From assembly GCA_976551045.1 (NCBI GenBank), contig CDPCPM010000026.1:6882001-6946000 (forward strand): a stretch of DNA of 64,000 nt, in the 5' to 3' direction. Source of the stretch: Glaucostegus cemiculus (Eukaryota). Numbering within the stretch: the first letter of the stretch is position 1; each line of letters starts with the position of its first letter. A program made the position numbers and the translations under genes. Under the pieces are notes generated by a model. That model saw nothing but the letters and a program-made list of their open reading frames with translations, searched no databases and had not been told where the DNA came from. Positions 13,034 through 26,660 of the stretch are shown one piece after another.

Positions 13034-13427
13034 GAATGAGAGGGGAGCTCATAGAAACATGTGGAATGTTGAAAGGACTGGGCAGAGTAGATGTGGTTAA
13101 GCTGTTTCCCCTCGTGGGTGAGTCCAGGACTAGAGGGCACAAGCTTAGAATTAGAGGGTGCAGGTTTAAAACAGAAATGAGGAGAAATTTCTTTAGCCAG
13201 AGGATAGTGAAATTATGGAATTCTTTGCCACATACAGCTGTGGAGGCACGATCATTGGGGCCATTTAAGGAGGAGATTTATAGCTAACTAATTAGTCAAG
13301 GTCTCAAGGGATATGGGGATAAGGCCAGAAACTGGGGCTAGATAGGAATAGTATTAGTTTAGCTCATGGAGCAGACTTGATGGGCTGAATGGCCTACTTC
13401 TGCTCCTTTGTCTTGTAATCTTGTGAT
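13034..13427 (+). mobile_element. CR1 (HER1-type) LINE 3' end
   Basis: ORF 13036-13287 (RGELIET...SRTRGHKLRIRG..FKTEMRRNFFSQRIVKLWNSLP) is the CR1 ORF2 C-terminus. 3' UTR has GGGCTGAATGGCCT and a short repeat tail. Confidence 0.95.
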
Positions 13428-13835
13428 AGTGTGAGTGCTGTTGCAAGAAATGCATGCAAAATACTCTGTTATATTTCCAACCTATGATACATCTGCAATG
13501 GTCTCTACTTCTTCCATGATGTATGTAGGCCACTGGCATTTACCTTCAAACAAAGGCACATTACCTCATTGGAAAAATATTGCATTTTTTCATTTTAACT
13601 TCACATTGTGCTCATGTTATTGCCAGAGCATTACCTCTGTTCTTACGGCAATCAACAGAGCATCTTGCTTCCACAAACTATGTTTCATTCCTTTTGGGAT
13701 TTTATCATTCATTAAAATCTTGAGCAAAGGATTAATTGCATTGGATAATCTTGCATATGAATAGTCCTCTGTGTGCATCAATGGTCAGGTACTGCTGACT
13801 ACCTTTGTCAAATTCATTTGTTGTGGGCATGTTGT

Positions 13836-14131
13836 GAACGGCATGGTAGCATAGTGGTTAGCACAATGCTTTACAATGCCAGCGACCCAGGTTCAAATCC
13901 GGGCACTGTCTGTAAGGAGTTTGTACGTTCTCCCTGTGTCTTTGTGGGTTTCCTCCGGGTGCTCCTGGTTCCTCCCACATTCCAAAGACGTACAGTTTAG
14001 GAAGTTATGGGCATGCCATGTTGGCGCCAGAAGCGTGGCGACATTTGCGGGCTGCCACCCAATACCATTGCGCAAAAGATGTATTTCACTGTGTTTCGAT
14101 GTCCATGTGACTAATAAGGATCTTATCTTAT
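13836..14131 (+). mobile_element. Full-length tRNA-derived V-SINE with Rex-Babar-like 3' tail
   Basis: Box A TAGCATAGTGG 13847-13857; box B GGTTCAAATCC 13890-13900; V-domain GGAGTTTGTACGTTCTCCC...GGGTTTCCTCCGGGTGCTCC..TTCCTCCCACA; tail ...CATGTGACTAATAAGGATCTTATCTTAT. Confidence 0.92.
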
Positions 14132-15164
14132 GAAAGAGGACCCATTTTATGATTACTTTTGCTCTGTCCAGATTACAATAATGCAAATAAATGCTTGTCT
14201 AAGGGCCTAGAAAGTACTTGCAACTGATATGTCACAAAATAATTCAGTTTGCATGCTAAATTTCTCTTTGAAAGAAAGCCAGTGCAAACCTGCAAACTGA
14301 TACAAAACTAATTAAAGTGACAAATATTTGTGCTCTTGGACTTGAGCACTGGGTTTTAGATCTTCCAGGTGTAGTTGACAGACCAAGGTCATGGTTTTCC
14401 TGTGAGCTCTCTGCTTAAATCTGTCAATACTTTGTGCATGTTGTTCATCTGCAGCATGATTTAATCTAATTTGGTAACTTCCATGCAACCACAGATTCCT
14501 GTCTGTTTTTGGCAGGGCCACTTTTGTCCTGGCCCATGCATTGATCATTTACTGCTTATCCAGTTCCTTCTCAGATTCTCTCATGAGAGAGATGATGGGG
14601 CTGGGCTAGGTTTTGAAATAGACCAGAATCTGGTCTGATGAGAATGCACTCACCCTACCCTGTGTCTTCAAACACATTGTCATATCATTCTAACAGGATG
14701 TTGAGGTTTGATGTTAAAGCATCAATACAGAATACATTCTACTAATCAAGCTGGAGTTGTTCAGGTCAGTCCCTTCCCATTTCTGCTGTTGTTTGCATTT
14801 GATAGATAATACCAGTCCCTGTTCATTGTTCCAGCTTTTATTTCCCCAAATGTAAAAACAGAGCCAGTTTGTACTTTTCTCCATTGGAAATCGGGCAACT
14901 GCAGCCACTGGGTGGGACAGTGTAGGATCATTCAAACAGGAGGATGAAAAGCACGTGCTGAAGGAATGCATGTAGGTAATTATAGGGATTATGATTATAA
15001 TTTTTTTGAAATATTTTTTTTGTGGTGGCTTTATTTTGTGGCCTGATGACTAATAAAAAGGAGGTAAGGATTGTGGGAATGCTGGTCAATGGGGAATTTA
15101 ATCTGGTATCTCAATCAAATTAGTTCTTTGTGAACGACCTGGGCAAATAGGAACTGTTTTTCCT

Positions 15165-15650
15165 TCTGCTTCAGCTAAGTACTGCATAATGATTCCACCC
15201 CTATGGAACTGTTGTTTCAGCACTCTAGTGGTCTATTCTGCAACACTTCTTCATGTGATGGTACGGTTTCTATCCCTACATCTTGCATGGCTCTGTGAGA
15301 TGTGAACTAGAATTATGAGCCATAATTCAGTGGATAGCTCTTGTCATCTAGTAGCTACTCTTTGGCTGAGATAGCTCACATAAAGGCTGCCGCAGAATGA
15401 AGCTGTCATGACTGTAGATAGTGCATCATGGTCATGCAGGGAATGGAATCTCTTCTTTCCTATAAAGGCAGAGTTCACTAGCACCTGCAAAGCAGTGTGA
15501 ATTCGATCATTGGCACCCATTGCCGGGGGAAAGCCTCTCATCCAGGCCATGATGTGATTACTTCACTTACTCTCTTTGCATGAAGATATTCAACAATCTC
15601 CCTTAGATAAGTGGCCTTCAACGCAGGAGATGTGGAAATATCATGGCTAC
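15165..15650 (-). mobile_element. PIF/Harbinger transposase relic (HARBI1-like DDE domain)
   Basis: Minus-strand reading LREIVEYLHAKR; GFPPAMGANDRIHTALQVLVNSAFIGKKRFHSL; LDDKSYPL; AE*TTRVLKQQF..GGIIMQY. These match in order the Harbinger motifs GFP.V.GAID.TH...F.NRKGFHS, LGDKGYPL and IE.T.G.LK.RF...GG.LQY. Stops and frameshifts present. Confidence 0.85.
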
Positions 15651-15885
15651 TTTGACCAGCTTAGCTCTGTAGCCTGCTCTGTTCCAACTGGAAGGCCAGC
15701 TGATACATCATCTATGGGAAATAAGTGGTCCATGTATAAGCCTTAAAATGAGGACCATTTCTCTCAAAATCTGCTACACCATTCCCAAAAGGCTTTTGGA
15801 TGTTGAAACAACTATGGGAAGCATGAAGCCCCATTAGCGATGTAGAAACAACCAAAATGGACCTAATCTATAAATGAAAATCAAA

Positions 15886-15970
15886 AAGAAAACCTGCAGT
15901 TACTACAAATCTGAAATATAAAAAAAATCAGATGATCAGCAGGTCAGGCAGCATGTGTGTAGAGAGGATG
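15886..15970 (-). mobile_element. Penelope-like element terminal fragment
   Basis: CTGCAG..AAATCTGAAAT...TCAGCAGGTCAGGCAGCATGTGTG, the reverse complement of the same terminal motif. Confidence 0.6.
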
Positions 15971-18109
15971 TGAAAAATTAGCTGTTTCCCTATCTTCTGT
16001 AGATCTAACCTGTAACTGATGATCTCTTTTAAATAACATTTAGCTGAAAGGGTCAGGGGTTTCCTTTATCCTACTTCACATTTATTGGGCTATGAAAAGC
16101 TAAGAAAGGATAAAAGCTAAAGCATGAAGGTTTAGAGTGAAGAGCACTTGTAGTAAATCTGTGTTCACCCTAAATAGTTGCCAGGATCTACCTATTTCAC
16201 ATACTTAAAGGAGATGTTGCCTGTGCACATGTAGCACCTGTATCAAGATGATTCATGGCTGAAGTTTGTGTTCATGTAGTTAATACTATTTTGGACTTAA
16301 ATGATATCCATAGCACCCAAAGAATACACCAGTTTCGTATCCTTTGCTTCATCCCATTCTTATCCTGTGGTGTGGATATCAATAGTAGCTCCTTGTGCTC
16401 TCTTTCAGATATTCACTATTTCATTACAGATTGAGAATCAATCCTGGAGCCCACCAGACTGGTATCATACCAGCTAGTACAACAAGTAAGACAAATAATA
16501 CTCCCCTCTAAGGCAAGCAAGACACCAGGCATGCACTCTCACTCATACATTAGGTGAATATGGAAAGCATTACATCATAGTTAAAGATGAATTCTATCAA
16601 CAAATTGACATTAGATTGTGTAACATTATGTACTTGAATGTTTTCTACCGCAGTGCGGTCTTAAGATAACTTCTTTTTACTGATTACTGTGAACATCATT
16701 CATTCCACACTGCTGTTCCAGCAGGCACTTGTATCTCTTCATGATGGTTTCTACTTAAAGCACAGTATGGTGTAATCCCTGCTTGGGGCAACCATCTCTT
16801 TATCCACAGCAATATGGCCAAGTTGAAATCTGTGAAGTGGCACAAAAGAAATTAATATATTGACCCTCTCACTGCCATTTGCTTAGTGCTAGCGTGCTGA
16901 TAAATTGCCTCTAATAATTGGCAACATTAGAAGTAGATTTGTTTTTTTTTGCAGCATGTCATCATACTGAAGGGAGCAATTCCACACTCTGAGATTGGGG
17001 AGGGCTATATTTGTACGGAGCATAGGTCAGAGATAGGTCAACATTGTAGCCATAATTTCCTGGCTAGTGTTCCCAGCAATAGATTTCTACCTACAAATAC
17101 CCCTTATATATACTTAGCAGTTTTACATGCTCCCAAAGGTATCTTTACAGGGTGAATTTACTGTACAGTGCTGTTATTTCTGTTCTCCTTAGAAGATGCC
17201 AGGTGGTGGTATTATTGCAGCTGTCCAGAGTATGGAAGCAAGCTGCATTAAATGACTTGCAGCAGGTATTTGAATTGGTTAATACTGTGAAATATCAACT
17301 TGAAAGGATTTTCTTCAAAGCTCCAGAAAGAATTATGCTGATGAAGGTAAATTGATCGAAGTGGTTTAAATCAAAATCTGAGACTATAGATGTAGAAGGT
17401 TACTGTCCTGAAGATTCTACACTCCATCTCCATCAGGTTTGATAATCCTTCTTTTATTTTATTGCTTTCCCGTTCTAAAGTGTAGTCTGCCCAAATGCTC
17501 TGAAAACTTGCAAACACTGCTTCCTGATGTGATCTGCTGCCTAAGAACCAATTTAATGTCAGACTGTATGGTATTTTTAAAGCACTGCATTTGTTTGTTT
17601 TTATGATGTGTGCTGGATTTTATTTCTAAATTGAGACAGTCTCATCCCTGAATGCATAGAAGTAACCTGATGGACTGTTTAAAACTTGGGCCCTAAAGGA
17701 AAACCTCAAGTTTAATTTGAATTAGAGGTTTTGAGAATAGCTTTGGCAAACATAAGCTCTGTTGATGATGATAATATTACCTGAGTAGTGTTGACTTTCT
17801 TTGTTAAACTTTTTAAAACCAATCTGATTAGCTAAGGACTTGCAGGTTCAGAAATGAATACCACTTTTTTTTGTGCATGGAATACTAATGGAAGGAATTG
17901 CAAGCATGTGATTTGTACCTTGGTCCCCATCCCAGAAGGGGAAACTTCATAAGTATCCCCACCAGTTTCTATCCACTGGCCTGTTATTGTGGTGTAGAAA
18001 TGAATGAGTTTGGGCCTGGCTGTGAGAGGCCTGTGATCAAACATCTCTGCTGGAACTTCTGACTTCTGAAAGGCTACCATATCAGGAGTTGACAAGACAC
18101 TAAAATTCA

Positions 18110-18250
18110 CTGCCTATAGAAAAGTTGAAACAAAATCAATCAGTGCTTTCTAAAGGGAATTGTATAAATACCTGAAGGAGACTATTGGGGAAATTGGACA
18201 GATGGTGTTGCTCTTCAGGACTCAATGGCCTCCTATTCTATGAAACCATG
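18110..18250 (+). mobile_element. Old CR1 3' UTR fragment
   Basis: CTAAAGGGAATTGTATAAATACCTGAAGG...AATGGCCTCCTATTCT. Confidence 0.55.
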
Positions 18251-21200
18251 TTACAATCTTCATGGATTATGGGGTGAAGGTAGAAAATAATTACCCTTAT
18301 ATGCATGGCAATTCTGGTCAATTTGGTGAATTTCAGCAGCAATGGTTGTGTGTTTGACCCTGGGACTAGTTGAAAGCTAGGCCCAAGGACCAGTTAATGC
18401 CTTATTTCTGCCTTGTGCTAAACTTTCTAGGGTAGCCTTGGCCTTTATGGGGAATAGTCACTTCTCTTTTCGAAGGCTGTTGATGAAAGGAGAAGCAAAG
18501 CCCTGAGCTGTGGGTAAGTTTGTGATGCATCTTTCTTGGATCCTCGGGGACATGATCTATAGATGGTTAACATTCATGATTTAAAAAAAGTAAAGCAACT
18601 GACCAACTGTCAGGAGGAGAAAGTCAGCTGGTCACTGGTTTCTGATTGCCAATCAATAATCCCTGTTTAAAGATGTGCATCTGAGAATTTGATTGTGGTG
18701 CTTTTGAGAATGAATATCCTGAAAGCACTTGTTTTAAATAGATGCCATTTGGAACCAGCACCCTTGAGACTGGAGGGTAGAAAATTAGAGGCAAATAGTC
18801 TAGCAGCTGTACATACGTACAATATCTGGAGAGAACCAAGCTAAAAAGCTGCTCAATAAGCAGAAACATTTACAATAACCTCCATACCACTGTTTCTCAT
18901 TATATGTACTATGACCCTTGAAACAGAACAAACCTTCTCACAGGCAGTTTCTAATCTAATGACAAGTTTCAGCCTTGAGAAGGGACATAATGATGGAGCC
19001 ACTTTTTAAACACTGGTATCCTTTGTCTCTCTTAAATAATTATGATTTAAATACATATCCCAAATCAAAATCTACACTTATGTATTTTGTATTTATTGTA
19101 CCACAGCTTTATGTTTAACAATACTGCAGTAACAAGTTACTATTTATTCTACTTTAGCTCAGCGGTAGTGGATCTTGTAGAATTAATTCTGACTTTTCAG
19201 TTTTGCCAACCACGGATCTACTAATCTCATATCCTGCGATTACTTAACCAAAAGAAAATTGTACAGTATTTGAAAGGTGGCAGAGTTTGTATTTTTAGTT
19301 GCAGTGTAACTGAGGATTAATATCTGGCCTATGATTCTAAAGGTGGGGATGATCATATGAATTCGAGCTTGCATAATAAGTCAGACAAAGAAATGTTGTC
19401 TATTGAGTAAAATTTATTCCATATGTTTTTTGTTAGTAATGAATGAAGCATTCTTTGTCTGCCTCATTCATTACCAATAAAGCAACCATTGAATAAAAGT
19501 GCTTTTCAATGGGTGGTGAACAGACAGGGACTGACACAAGGTCATGTAGTTCCATTGTATGAATCTTGACCCATGCAGAATACAAACCTGTACCTTGCAT
19601 ATTTTGAGTTTACTCATGAATTTAGCTATCCTGCAAGGGGAAGGAAGGAATATTCTTGTGTTGAAGTAAAGCAGGATGGAGAAGTATTTTAAGACTCCTT
19701 GTTTGCTTACAGTTTCATGTTGTCTTGGGGGTATGGGGATTGCTTTGCATCAGAAATACTGTTGTGAAGTCAACATGACTGACAAACAACAACTGGAAAC
19801 AAATTGGGTGTTATTTATATATTTAAAAAAAAAAGCAGCAAAATACTTGTGCCTGTAACCTGAAAGTGTTATTGATCTCAGCATACGAGTGCATAAGAGT
19901 TTTTGTCACCCACAGTTTATAAATTCTGTTATTGTGAACCCCTCACCCAGTGGTACTCATTGATTTTCGTTGCTCTGCTCAAGTGTTAGTATCAAATATT
20001 CTCTTGTCACAATTCACATAAATAGCATATTTCACCCTTGTGTTGGAAGTGGTTATATATGAATTGCATTTTAAATAAGCCATGTTTTTGTGTTTATGTC
20101 CATTAAAAACCATGCTCAGATGAATAATTTTGAAATTTTTTTTTCAACATTTGGTATGAGATTCACTTTTCTGTGGTTTATTTTGATTTAGTTTCAAATC
20201 AATTACTGATATGAACACATGAAACATGAGCAGTAATTAATAATAGGAAGGATATCTCCTGAAGCGATCTTGATCATACAGAGAAATATTAAAGTTCTGG
20301 CATAAAGTTTAGAAGCCCCTGGCAATGGGAGTAAAACAAGCACTGATATGCATGAAAAGCATTGGGTATTGGATGGTATGGCATAACAGTGTAGGTTTAT
20401 GGACCACCCTCCCCATCCATATACAATGTTGAGGCAGAGGAGGGAAACTGTGTCTAATTTTACAACTATCCTCTTACCAAGCCAGCAATGCTCAAAGAAA
20501 ACTGTGCAAAACTTGGTTTATACATTTGCTAAAAAGTTATTTTTACGTAGTATAATTGAAATACCTAATTGGAAGTAATTTTTAAATTAGAACTGCTTTG
20601 CTGAGGTTCATTGTTGTAGTTTTGAAACCAACAGTTCATTTTAATATTCACATCATTCTATAACCATCAGGGAGCTGGCTTTTTTAAATGCCACTTTTTC
20701 TAAATCTTTCTTTCATTCTCAACAAACCCCTCAGGGTAAGTTTCATCATAAGATAATTTGTAAAGGGTTTGTTTAATCCTGCCTTTTGATTAACAACCAC
20801 ATCAGCAAACAACTTAGAGGACTGAGCTGACTTGTATGAAGTCTAGACAATAATTAAATCCTTTTATTTTCTAAAACACTTCTAGTCTCCTCAATATTAA
20901 GTAAAACTTTAAAGATAGTAAAATTAAATTACCCTTTTCATTAATAAATTCCAAAGGCATGAATTATGAACATACTTCATCCTTGGCCCATGAGCCATCA
21001 AGGCATTCAAAAAAAAACGTTGGGTAATAATAAATGGAAGTCACAATGTGCACAATGGCATTGGATCACATTCTGCCACATTAGGAAGCTTGATATTAAG
21101 AGTGCTTTTCTGTCTGTTACAATTGCTTTGCCAAATTTTCTTTGAATTTTATTTGTACCAGATTGGGCACTGTGTTCACGATTTTTTTCTGAGAACCAAA

Positions 21201-22837
21201 GCGTAAACTGTTCAGCAACTAATGAAATAACTTACTTCAATACAGCATTTTTTCTGATCTTGGAACATTAAGACTTTCTGCAACCAATGAAGTGTGCCCA
21301 CAATTAAGACTAAGGAAAATGCAGCAGGCTAGTTGCTCTCAGGTATATCTGGTAAGCATTCACTAATGCATTTGTGGTATGGACAACAAAGCAAGACCTT
21401 GCACAACTGGTTTTGACTATATTGCTTCATTACAATGGTGACTTCATTTGTATTTCATTGTGGTTATTTGGTACTGGTGGAGATGGCATGTAAATACGTC
21501 TTTCCTTTGTTCAGTCTGCTGCTCTCCTTCAGCTGGAAAATATAATTTGCCAGCAGTTGTTTACAGCGAAACCACCACAATATACCTGCTATTACAATTG
21601 CAGTTGTATGCAAAAAGGATACTGGAGGTAGGATAACTTAAAATTAAGTTAACTTACTTTACATTGCATTTGAACAGATTTCCATGTCAACTTGTGTTTT
21701 TAAAAATGGCAATTATAGGGTACAATGTTGTTCTTTAGCCCAGGTACCTTCATAAGGTGGCTCCATAGGTACCTTTACCATCTGAGTATTTAAAATTGTT
21801 CCCAGCAAGGCTTGATATTGTATATACAGTGTTTAAAGCAGCCGCTTTTTTTTAACTTGCAAGTCATCTGTTCCATAAATATTGCATTTTCTGTAGTAAA
21901 TATATTTGCATGATGTAAAGCTGAGAAAGAGCAAGTAACAGCTTGATTTTGGTGACCCCTTTTCTTTGCTCTGCATGATCAAAGGATTAGTGACAAATGC
22001 AGTTGAACATGTCAGCAATCTTTTGGCACTGCTAATTCTCTGAAGTTTCCAAACAGCTTTTATTTGAACTGAATATCGATTGTCAACATTAAACATACAA
22101 AAAGTGAAACATCTGTTTTTAACTTATGACTGGCATTGTTTTGACAAAACAAAAGCACCATAGTTTAAGATCTGTCTAAAAATGTGAGGAGCAACTTTAC
22201 TCCATTCAAAGAAAAAATGTTACTTAAGATTTGATTAGTGAGCAATTTGTATGAACTCAATCAAATTTACTTTCAAAGAATTACATTACTAAGCTTGTAG
22301 TAAATAGGGAAGCAGAAAAAGCTAGTTAAAGCAATACAGTAATAAATCCTACATGGTCTTGTTATTTCTATTTTCTGAACCTTGCATCATGGAATTCCTT
22401 CAAAATGGATTAGGAACTTTCTGCATTTAAAGTGAATGCTGTGCTTCAATATTCAAAGTACTGGAATATTCAAATGAAAGAACAGTGAAAAATAGGCTTT
22501 AACAGCAGAATCTGCCATGTGAGCAGAATCTACCATATAACAAATATCTACTTAAAAAGTAAGCTGTCTAAACCTGTCTGAAATGATTGTAATAAACTTC
22601 CAAGGAAAAATGCACATTTGAAATAAAAAACTATTTTTCTCTTCCAAGATATTTTGCTAATGACTTGTACATCTACATTCCAGCTTTTCTTTCATATACA
22701 CTTGTGTATTCTGCCTGAAAAATGACAAAGCAGTAATTTTGAAATGAACATTTCCTCAAATAATGGTTTCTTTTTGCAACAAAAGTCATAATGGGGCCAG
22801 TCAAATTGCACCTGTAACCAAGATCCTTTAACGTTCC

Positions 22838-23188
22838 TCAAGTGGCTGAAGATTCAAAGTCTGTGAATGCAGCTGTGGGATTTGTGCAGGAATTATCAGA
22901 TGGCTCAAAAAGCTGAGATAAACCCAAATTGCCGGCAGTGTCCACTATGTTCTCGATACCAGTCAGCAGCATGAATATACTTATGAATTGCTCTTGCAGT
23001 GGGACATCTTGGATATCTATATTGAAACCTATCGTATCATGTAGGCTATAAAAAAAATAATGCAGGAAGACGTGGCCTAAAACTGAAGTCAAACAGATGG
23101 GTATGTGATTGTAACTGTCTACCACTGAAGGGAAGGAAAAGACTTTCATCAGATAGTGAAAATGAGCAACCTGATCCCAAACTAACAT
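22838..23188 (-). mobile_element. Old non-LTR retrotransposon RT fragment, clade uncertain
   Basis: ORF contains NHIPICLTSVLGHVF (cf. NYRPISLTSVL.K.F) and TAAFTDFESS (cf. AVFLDF.KAFD) at plausible spacing. Confidence 0.6.
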
Positions 23189-23904
23189 GTTTTACCACTA
23201 TCTAAATTGTTACAAGCTCGGGTCAGACCATCAATAAGGCAGGAATGTTAACATTAAAAATCACCACCTGACAACATCATGAATTGTAAGTGCTCCTTCA
23301 ATGCATTTCCTGGCAGCATATCCAAGGAGGGAGATGCTGTCTGTCCATTCCTTTCTAAAGATCAGTTCCTTTTAGTGTTCCTTGTGGACCATGGGGAGCA
23401 GCAGTCCTCTCTCCAAGTACCTCTCAGAGCATCGTTGAGTTTTCTTGGACCCAGTCATGTGTTCCTGAGAACAAATTGAATCCTCGCCACCCTCACTCTA
23501 TTTGTGAATGCAGCTGCCACCTCGGTCACTGACAGAGACCATTCCCATGAATCCAAGGCTGCAGCTTCTTGCCCACGCTTCTAATCCTGTAGTAAATTAG
23601 TCCTGCAGAACATATTTAGATAAGTATTCTTAATTCTACCTCTTTAGATTTTTACAGCAATATAGCCATTTTGGAATATTATTGAAAAAGAAAGAGCTGG
23701 CATTATAATGTTTCAGTCATATCCTCTAGGTTCTCCTAAAACCAGCAGCTTGCCTTCAAAGTGCTGTCATCATTATACAACTTTGGGAACTACGATATAT
23801 CAAATTAATATTTTCACAGCTTATGAAATTTGTCAGTCACAGCTAAATGTCTCTATTTTCTTTTAATCATTCCCTTTAAGCTTCAATGGGAAAGAGCATA
23901 AGAA

Positions 23905-23980
23905 GCAAAAATACAGATACTGGAAATCTCGGCAGGTTGCACAGCATCTGTGGGGAAGGAGCAGACTGAGACTATGACAG
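23905..23980 (-). mobile_element. Penelope-like element terminal fragment
   Basis: ACAGATACTGGAAATCTCGGCAGGTTGCACAGCATCTGTGGGG. Confidence 0.6.
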
Positions 23981-25934
23981 AAATAATTTGAAAAATAAAT
24001 ATAGTTCTCCTGCTGAGGGTGCATGATGATTTCCAAACTGTGAATAGAAGTGTAATGGAGTTGGAGGGCCCTAGAACATTTTTTTTTCCAGATTTCATTG
24101 CAATCCATATTCAAAGAATCCCTGATATTTCATAACCATGAGTTTCCACTCCTTCTGCATGGAGTTTAATACTTTCAAGAGTAATATGCCTTACAATTAT
24201 GGCACCTTTTCAGAGATGGATGAAAAAAATAATTTTATTCTAATTAAAAATGTTTAGAGCCCTGGCCAATTTTATCTTTTATCAAGAAAACTGATTTATA
24301 AAAATACAACAATGGAAAAATATAATGGCTCCTGAGTAGCAGCATCCATCAATTTAATGTGTCTGAAAAGCTTAGTTTTAGATTTTCCTTGCTTTTGTGC
24401 AGAACATTAATCAACAACTTCTCACACAAACATCAGTTGTACAGCATGCAGAGCCAATATATCTATACAAGGAAGGTGTGAAAGTTAACAAGGCACTTTA
24501 CTATGCACTAATGACACTGACACAGTGGACTGAAGCTTATTTTCCAAAAACTGGTGGGCTGAGGTTATGTTAGCCATTAAATTGTAAAGATTCTGGCACC
24601 TGAAACAAATTTGCCTCATGCCCACTTCTAGTTTTTGCAGAAATTGAACAAGGGAGTGGTAAAAATCCACTCGTGCAAGAGAATTGTTTTTTTAAATACT
24701 ATAACAGACCTGGTTGAGTTCACTGTTGTGAAACACCTTTGAACTATTTTCAAATTCTTCTACTTGGAAACACTTTTAAAAGAAAAACCAATTCAAATAG
24801 ACTGAATCAAAACACTAAAAAGAGTTTTATAGAATTTACTTAACTGTTTGCTGGAAGTGAATTTTATAACATAAGTAAACCACTTGCCTGAAATGACATT
24901 CTCAATTGGCTCAGTGGCTTTGTTCTTATGGGGGTGATGGGGGGAAGAGAATCACTACTTATCCGAGCTGTCCTTGTTGTACAGCTGAGGAGTCAGGAGT
25001 AGTTGTCATTCCAGCCTCCTGTTTATTTGTGCTTCATGCCTGGACTCCTTGGCAAGTCAAATGACAGAGCAGAGAGGTCGGATCTGCTGGCATCTCACCT
25101 CCATCACCATCTCATCTGTGACTTTGCTGGTGTGGAAATCTGCGATGACTGAGGACAGCACTGGCATTTCCCTACGGAACCACTAACCACAGGTAGGGGC
25201 GTTTTAGCCCAGTGAGCATAGCTGTGAATTAATTTCAATGGTTGCTCCATTTCTAACCACAGGAAACTGGGATATCCAGCTGTGGACTGGTGGTGGTGAG
25301 GACCACTGAATCCATAGGTCAATGATTTTACAGCTCTACAGGGTGCAAATATTGAGAGGTTCCTTTAAGTTTTGTAAGCTAATCAGTAAAACCTTTCACC
25401 TCCCTCTACCATCTGTCAGCTACAGCCAACTGTAATCAGCCAACATGACTGTAGCTGAAAAATATTCTCCATCTGCACTCTTCCCCCAATCTAGACTCTG
25501 CCTGCAATCAAGACACCCTGTTGACTCCTTCCTGCATATTCAGCATCCTGACTATTATATCCCCCTCACTCTACCTCAACAAATGAAACTACCTGGGCTC
25601 TTTCCACCTCCAATTGCCAACCTCAGCCTCTGTGAAACCAGACCAACCCCTCATCACACACTTTTGCCTATCTCCCATGTTAGGCTTTGGTTTTGTGAAA
25701 CACCAAGTACCTCTAACTTGTCAACTGATGTTTTTTTGGACTCGAACCCCTGCAGTTAAAGCCTATAAGCATGTAACCTAATGTTTCAATCTTCCTCACT
25801 TCCTTACTATTCTCTGCAGAGAACCTGCTGCCAGGCTAATTTCCAGCACCTTGTTTTCTTCCATTTGATTCCGTTCACTGATGACAGATTTGACCAGGAG
25901 CAAGATCACTTTCTGGGGTGTGCCAAAATAGGAA

Positions 25935-26380
25935 TCTTTGCACTGTATGTGCATCACAGAACAGGCCATTCAGCCCAATTGCCATACTATTCTTCCCTTG
26001 CCACAATCTGCCTCCTCCTCCTCTTCATCTTTCCCTCTCCACATAACTTTGTTTTCCTTTCTCCATGTTTTTACCTGGCTTTCCCTCAAATGCATCCACC
26101 TTGTACACTTCACCTGGTCTTTGAGATACCTAGCTCCACATACAGTCACTGTATGGGTAAGAACAGTTTTGTCTGAATACTCAATTGAATTAATTGTTGC
26201 CATGCCTCTTTATATTTGGCTTTCCTTATATTCTCTACATCACTGTTTTATAATATTAAATTATAATCATGTCAGTCCTCAACCTTTCCTAGAAGAGAGA
26301 ATCTAAATCTATGCAATATTTTTGACTGATGTGACTTGGTGTTATCCTTGAAAATCATGTTCTGCACCTTTTACTTGCTC
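25935..26380 (-). mobile_element. Old CR1 3' fragment
   Basis: CACAGAACAGGCCATTCAGCCC tail and decayed ORF2 end (ATCCTTGAAAATCATGTTCTGCACC). Confidence 0.6.
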
Positions 26381-26504
26381 CCTATATCTTCTCGAAGGGT
26401 GGGGGAGATATCAAAAGAGGAAAGTGCTGTCCAAACAGTGTTTTATAGGTTTTTTTCTCTTTCTAGAAATGACTGAGCTAAAATAGGATGGATCTTTCCC
26501 AAAG

Positions 26505-26660
26505 TGTAAAAACCTGCAGATCCTGTAAATCTGTAACAGTACAGAAAACGCTGGACATACTCTGATTTGGGCAGCATCTGTTGAAGCAGAAATGGTCAAC
26601 AATTCAGGTCAATGATCTGATGAAGGATCTTTGACCTAAACTCTTACTGATTTCTACTTT
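26505..26660. mobile_element. Head-to-head Penelope-like termini with decayed hammerhead core
   Basis: A minus copy (26505-26617) abuts a plus copy CTGATGA-AGGATCTTTGACCT-AAAC (26617-26641). AGGTCAATGATC / GATCTTTGACCT form an 11/12 inverted repeat. Confidence 0.65.

Noticed and set aside
13836-13910. tRNA gene
   Set aside because: A and B boxes are present but there is no full cloverleaf, and it runs into a V-domain: it is a SINE head.
22504-22538. Short direct repeat GCAGAATCTRCCAT x2, and similar small duplications or palindromes at ~37915, ~49720 and ~52720-52800
   Set aside because: Consistent with local slippage or chance; no larger structure.
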